A DNA stretch of 64,000 nucleotides from the NCBI GenBank assembly GCA_034112345.1, contig JAWUVN010000036.1, positions 2,792 through 66,791 of the forward strand, in the 5' to 3' direction. The stretch is from Bermanella sp. Its GTDB lineage: Bacteria > Pseudomonadota > Gammaproteobacteria > Pseudomonadales > Oceanobacteraceae. The notes beneath the pieces were generated by a model, which was given only the letters and a program-made list of their open reading frames with translations, made no database searches and was not told the DNA's origin. The position numbers were made by a program, and so were the translations under genes. Below are positions 59,346 to 64,000 of the stretch, piece after piece. How positions within the stretch are numbered: position 1 is the stretch's first letter; each line of letters begins with the position of its first letter.

Positions 59346-62300
59346 ATGCCTCAAATTATTAATACCAATATTGCGTCTTTGAACGCACAACGTAACCTAA
59401 ACAAATCACAGGCGGCCAACCAAACGTCTCTGCAACGTTTATCTTCTGGTTTACGTATCAATAGCGCGAAGGATGATGCGGCGGGTCTTGCGATCTCGAC
59501 TCGTTTTAACTCTCAAATTCGTGGGTTAAACGTCGCAGTACGTAACGCGGGGGATGGTATCTCTTTAGCACAAACGGCTGAAGGTGCGTTGGGTTCAATG
59601 AGCGATAACTTACAGCGTGTACGTGAACTAGCGGTACAGTCTGCTAACGCCACTAACTCAGATGTCGATCGCGACGCACTACAAGCGGAAGTATCTCAGT
59701 TGCTTTCTGAAGTATCTCGTACAGCAGAAGAAACTGACTTTAACGGTCGTAAATTACTAGATGGTTCATTTTCAGCAACCTTTCAGATTGGTGCTAATGC
59801 AGGCCAGACATTAGATATTTCTATCGCCGAATTAACGTCTGATAAATTGGGTGCTTCTGATGCCGTAGGGATCAGCTCTCAAGGCAATGCTGGTGCATTA
59901 CAAAATGGTGATTTGATTATTAATGGTGTAGCAGTGCCACCATCTAAATCATCTGATGATGCTTATTCAACTGATAATGCTGCTGCCAGTGCGATTGCTA
60001 AAACGGAAGCGATTAACAGCGTGTATGACGAGACGGGTGTTAAAGCCGTTGTTAATGAAAATACCGTTGCTGGTAGTGAAATGATAGGTGCTGTTGCATC
60101 GGGCACATTAACGCTTAATGATGTCGATATCAGTATCACCACTGTAACGTCTACTTCTCAAACACGCGCTGGTGTAATTGAAGCGATTAATGCGGCTTCT
60201 GAACAAACGGGTGTAAGAGCCTATGACAGTGAGTCGGATACTGGCGGTGTAATGCTGGTCGCAGAAAATGGTCAAAATATTGAAATTGGTTTAGCGGGTC
60301 TTACCGCTTCAGCAACAGGTTTAGCAGAAGCTGCTACGTATGAAGGTAGTTTTACACTAGTTGCTGATGGCGATGTAGCTTCTGTTGAAATTAAAGGCGG
60401 TGACGGTACGGGTAATGGAGACTTGAGAAACTCAGGCCTAATTGCTGGTGATTATTCAACTACTCAGGCACAGCTTTCTACTGATGTTGTCACTAAAGTC
60501 GATGGTGTTGATCTTTCTACTAGCTTTACAGGTGCAGCAGGTGTCCCACTTTTAGGTGAGCAATTTGTCAGTGCCAGTGCGGGTGTAGCAGCCGATGCAT
60601 TTAATATGGTAGCTTCTGGTGAAATTATTACTGTAACGGCTGGTGGGGAGAGTGTTGATATCAGTAGCGCAGCGACTGCGGCTGTTACAATCACTGCTTT
60701 AGGTGGCTTTGGTGCGGACTCACTGGCCGAAGCTTTAGATTCAATTGAAGGTATCGAAGCATCAGCCGAAACTAAAATGGTATTATCAGGCTTTGGCAGT
60801 GGTGGTGCTGCAACTTCGGGTTCGTTTGAATTCTATGATGCAGGATCAACTTCAGGTACGTTATTAGGTGCTATTACTTATAACAGTACCACTACAACAG
60901 AAGATTTAGCCGCATCTATTAACGCATTAGGCAGTACAAGTAATCTAGTTGCAGAATGGAACTCTGCAGCTTCTACTATTACTGTGACTGATGTAACCGG
61001 TAATACAATTAAAGCTTGGGCAACAGGTGCTGCAATTACAATTGATGTTGCAACAGTAACAGCTACAGGTGGTGTGTCTGCGGCTGCAACAGTTGACTCT
61101 ACAGGTATTATTTCCGTTGGGTACATAAGCGAAACCAACATTACTGATGAAGAGCTTACTGAAATTTCAATTTCAACGAATTTCGCTGCCGGTGATGGTG
61201 CATCGACATACTCGTTGGGTAACGTATCTACTGTGTTTGCAACAGTGGCTTATAGTACTTCAGGCACGCCAGCAGCTGCTGGTGGTCACAACGCGGTTAC
61301 AGCTACTGTGACGCCGTCTCTTGTTGGCTTGACTGACGGGGATATAACATTGAGCGGTGTGGGTATTCCAGCATCTGATTCATTGAGTGATACAGCTTCA
61401 GCAACCGTTGCAAGTGACGGTTCAAATATACAAACCAGTAACAAAGCAGCATCGGCTATATCGGTAGCTGCCGCTATTAATAGCGTGGCAGAAGAAACCG
61501 GTGTAACAGCAAGTATAAATGAAACTAAAGTTGTTGGTGGTGATGAAGATACGACCACTAGAGCTGAAGCTAGCTCATATACAGCAGGTGACTCAGGTAA
61601 GCTTTATATTAATGGCGTTGATATCGGTATTATCTCAGTTCAAGATGACGGCTCTGGCGGTACTGATATTGACGCGTCGCGTGCATCCGCAATTGACTCG
61701 ATCAATGCAAAGTCGGGTCAGACAGGTGTAATGGCTGAAGATAATGGATCATCGATTACTTTAACTACTTTAGAGTCTGGAAATGGACGTAATATCTCAA
61801 TAGCAATTGATAATGATGAGGCGAATAACCAAGGTACTGGACAAGGTTTTGGTGCAATATTTGGTTTGGATGCGAGCATTGATGGTATTGGTGAAGCTGA
61901 TATCGGTTCTGCCACTACAGCGAATACAACAGGTACTCGTGGCTCTGCTTCTGAAGGTGCCACATATGAAACCACATACGGCACATTAACACTTGAGTCA
62001 GCTAAGCAGATCGAAGTAGGTGTATCAAGCGGTGGTAAAGATGAGCTAACTGCTATGGGCTTAACGGCTGGTACATATGGTGGTGGTGAAGATGGTCAGT
62101 TCTTAACTGAGATTGATATATCAACCTTTGAAGGTGCAACCGCTGCATTAACAGCCATTGATAACGCCATTGGTTCAATTGCGAGCCAACGTGCTGACTT
62201 GGGTGCGATTCAAAATCGTATGGAATCAACCGTAAGTAACCTTGCGATTACATCTGAAAACTTGAGTGCTGCGAACTCGCGAATTCAAGATGCGGATTTC

Positions 62301-62411
62301 GCGGCCGAAACAGCCGAGCTATCAAGAACTCAGGTACTGCAACAGGCAGGTATCTCGATCTTGTCTCAGGCTAACCAGGGTCCTCAGCAGGTTCTTTCTT
62401 TACTCGGATAA
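59346..62411 (+). CDS. fliC: Giant flagellin (1021 aa)
   Basis: 'INTNIASLNAQRNL', 'RLSSGLRINSAKDDAAG', C-term 'RADLGAIQNR...SRIQDADFAAETA...VLSLLG'; duplicated outer domains. Confidence 0.98.
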   Translation: MPQIINTNIASLNAQRNLNKSQAANQTSLQRLSSGLRINSAKDDAAGLAISTRFNSQIRGLNVAVRNAGDGISLAQTAEGALGSMSDNLQRVRELAVQSANATNSDVDRDALQAEVSQLLSEVSRTAEETDFNGRKLLDGSFSATFQIGANAGQTLDISIAELTSDKLGASDAVGISSQGNAGALQNGDLIINGVAVPPSKSSDDAYSTDNAAASAIAKTEAINSVYDETGVKAVVNENTVAGSEMIGAVASGTLTLNDVDISITTVTSTSQTRAGVIEAINAASEQTGVRAYDSESDTGGVMLVAENGQNIEIGLAGLTASATGLAEAATYEGSFTLVADGDVASVEIKGGDGTGNGDLRNSGLIAGDYSTTQAQLSTDVVTKVDGVDLSTSFTGAAGVPLLGEQFVSASAGVAADAFNMVASGEIITVTAGGESVDISSAATAAVTITALGGFGADSLAEALDSIEGIEASAETKMVLSGFGSGGAATSGSFEFYDAGSTSGTLLGAITYNSTTTTEDLAASINALGSTSNLVAEWNSAASTITVTDVTGNTIKAWATGAAITIDVATVTATGGVSAAATVDSTGIISVGYISETNITDEELTEISISTNFAAGDGASTYSLGNVSTVFATVAYSTSGTPAAAGGHNAVTATVTPSLVGLTDGDITLSGVGIPASDSLSDTASATVASDGSNIQTSNKAASAISVAAAINSVAEETGVTASINETKVVGGDEDTTTRAEASSYTAGDSGKLYINGVDIGIISVQDDGSGGTDIDASRASAIDSINAKSGQTGVMAEDNGSSITLTTLESGNGRNISIAIDNDEANNQGTGQGFGAIFGLDASIDGIGEADIGSATTANTTGTRGSASEGATYETTYGTLTLESAKQIEVGVSSGGKDELTAMGLTAGTYGGGEDGQFLTEIDISTFEGATAALTAIDNAIGSIASQRADLGAIQNRMESTVSNLAITSENLSAANSRIQDADFAAETAELSRTQVLQQAGISILSQANQGPQQVLSLLG

Positions 62412-62423
62412 GTTAGTGGATAA

Positions 62424-62451
62424 CAGCAAGAGAGAGGTTTCTCTCTTGTTG
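62424..62451 (+). terminator. Stem-loop after fliC (attenuator or mRNA stabiliser, no U tract)
   Basis: CAGCAAGAGAG-aggttt-CTCTCTTGTTG. Confidence 0.55.
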
Positions 62452-62491
62452 GCCGCTTAAGCGGCAAAACTAATTTTAAGAGAGGTGTATT

Positions 62492-62884
62492 ATGAATGAA
62501 TTAAACGCACAAAATGTTAGCCAGGTGGCTAAAGCGCTTTCTTCTGCACCTCAAGTTCAATCGCAAACGTCAAAAGCGGATGTGAAAGCCAAAGCGGCAG
62601 AGGTTTCAAGCGGCAAAGAATTGCCAAAACAAGAGACCAAGGATGCAAAAGAGGCTGAGAGCGTTGAGGTAAAAGAAGCGGTTTCAAGATTAAATGACTT
62701 TGCGCAAAAAACGCAAAGAGATTTAAACTTTCAAATAGACGAAGATAGCGGTAAAACTGTTATTAAAGTTTATGACCGAGAGTCGGAGAAGTTGGTTCGC
62801 CAAATCCCGAACGAGGAAGCGTTAGAAATGGCTAAAAGATTAAGCGCAGAAGAACCCAGTATGTTGTTTAGTGCACAGGTTTAA
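62492..62884 (+). CDS. flaG: Flagellar protein FlaG
   Basis: 'LNFQIDEDSGKTVIKVYD...LVRQIPNEE'; between fliC and fliD. Confidence 0.94.
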   Translation: MNELNAQNVSQVAKALSSAPQVQSQTSKADVKAKAAEVSSGKELPKQETKDAKEAESVEVKEAVSRLNDFAQKTQRDLNFQIDEDSGKTVIKVYDRESEKLVRQIPNEEALEMAKRLSAEEPSMLFSAQV

Positions 62885-62920
62885 TGGTTTAGTTTTTAAG
62901 TGATTAAATACAGTAAATAT

Positions 62921-62952
62921 AAAACCGCAAAGTGAAAGCTTTGCGGTTTTTT
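62921..62952 (+). terminator. Intrinsic terminator after flaG (bidirectional potential)
   Basis: AAAACCGCAAAG-tgaaag-CTTTGCGGTTTT-TT. Confidence 0.88.
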
Positions 62953-63236
62953 CGGTTTTGGAATGTGCGTGTGTCAGTATTAAGTTGTTCGAGAGGGAGG
63001 TAATAGTCGGTGGTTACCAAAGGGTGATCAGGCAGTACGCAGTCCTTGTTCAGCGTTAAGTGTGGGCGTATTAGGTTAGAGGTGAAACAGAGTTAGTCTT
63101 GCTAGGGCGTGTTTTTTGGCGGTTTGGCAGGCTTCTTGTATATTCTTAATATCGTTAGTTAGGTGTTTGTTATATTCCATTTAACGCCTAACCTCTAATC
63201 ATGGGTTTAATAGCTTAGAAAGCTAAAAAGGCAAGC

Positions 63237-63263
63237 TAAAGTATTGGCCGATTCTGCCGTTAT
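63237..63263 (+). promoter_or_regulatory. Sigma28 promoter of fliD
   Basis: TAAA-N15-GCCGTTAT. Confidence 0.8.
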
Positions 63264-63308
63264 AGGGGGTATCGGTTTTACTTTGTGTCATTTACACCGG
63301 AGGGCATT

Positions 63309-64000
63309 ATGGCAGCAATTGAATCACTGGGCATCGGCTCTGATTTGTTAACCAGCGACTTGGTTGACAACATTATTAATGCGGATAAAGCTGTAGGTGA
63401 GTTGCGTTTAGGAACTCGCCAAAGTGTCATTGATGCTAAAATTTCAGCTTACGGTGAGATACAAAGTGCATTGTATGACTTCAGTGAAACAGTAGTTACA
63501 CTCGCCGACCCTGATAATTCAGGTGCAACAACTGCATCATCTTCTGATGAAGCTATTCTGACAGCGACCGCTACAACATCAGCGCCAAGTGGGACCTATT
63601 CAGTTGAAGTACAGCGGATCGCTAAAGCGCATTCTTTAGTCTCTGAATCTTATGCATCGACTACTGAAGCAATCGGCACGGGTGAGCTCACATTTACATT
63701 TGGAACAACTACCTATACAAATACGGGTGGTTATGATTCGTTTACGACCAACCCTGATGCAAGCACAGCCGTCATTAAGATTGAAGAGGGTAATAACTCT
63801 TTAGAAGGTTTACGTGATGCCATTAACTACGCTGATTTTGGTATTAATGCCAGTATAGTATTTGACGGAGAGGGTTATGTTTTACAAATGACCAGTGCCG
63901 ACACTGGTGAAGATATGAGCATGGAAATTGTCGCCACCGACGAAAATGGCGCGTTGGCCTCATCAGGTTTAAAGCATTTTGCATACAATAAAAACCAAGA
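63309..64000 (+). CDS. fliD: Filament cap protein FliD (partial, runs off the window)
   Basis: GGAGG RBS; translation MAAIESLGIGSDLLTSDLVDNIINADKA...KISAYGEIQSAL...GTYSVEVQRIAKAH; not in the ORF track because it has no stop in the window. Confidence 0.92.
   Translation, partial: MAAIESLGIGSDLLTSDLVDNIINADKAVGELRLGTRQSVIDAKISAYGEIQSALYDFSETVVTLADPDNSGATTASSSDEAILTATATTSAPSGTYSVEVQRIAKAHSLVSESYASTTEAIGTGELTFTFGTTTYTNTGGYDSFTTNPDASTAVIKIEEGNNSLEGLRDAINYADFGINASIVFDGEGYVLQMTSADTGEDMSMEIVATDENGALASSGLKHFAYNKNQ

Overview
AT-rich chromosomal segment from a marine gammaproteobacterium; gene content and a ~1020-aa flagellin suggest Oceanospirillales, possibly Bermanella-like (inference). Left part (1-27.5 kb): lipid/hydrocarbon-type genes (two AraC regulators, a membrane desaturase-fold enzyme, an AlmA/EthA-type flavin monooxygenase, a PF10118-type metalloprotein, a linalool dehydratase/isomerase-like protein), two ABC systems, argG, c-di-GMP enzymes, tRNA-Arg(CCT) and an ArsS radical SAM plus two glycosyltransferase-like genes. 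Right part (27.5-64 kb): a polar flagellar region (ycgR, flgNMA, cheVR, flgB-L), a legionaminic-acid-type flagellin glycosylation island with maf, then fliC, flaG and a partial fliD. Best candidate for an under-described system: FlgE (1225 aa), FlgK (992 aa) and FliC (1021 aa) are all greatly enlarged and share a recognisable inserted module, near-identical at DNA level in flgE and flgK. Also notable: the LinD-like protein with a Cys-rich tail, three single-base lesions (flgF, legC, a PilZ gene) that may be assembly errors, several REP-like repeat families, and sigma54/sigma28 promoters with CGGCAA/TTGCCG enhancer motifs. All family assignments come from motif recognition and memory, not from database searches.
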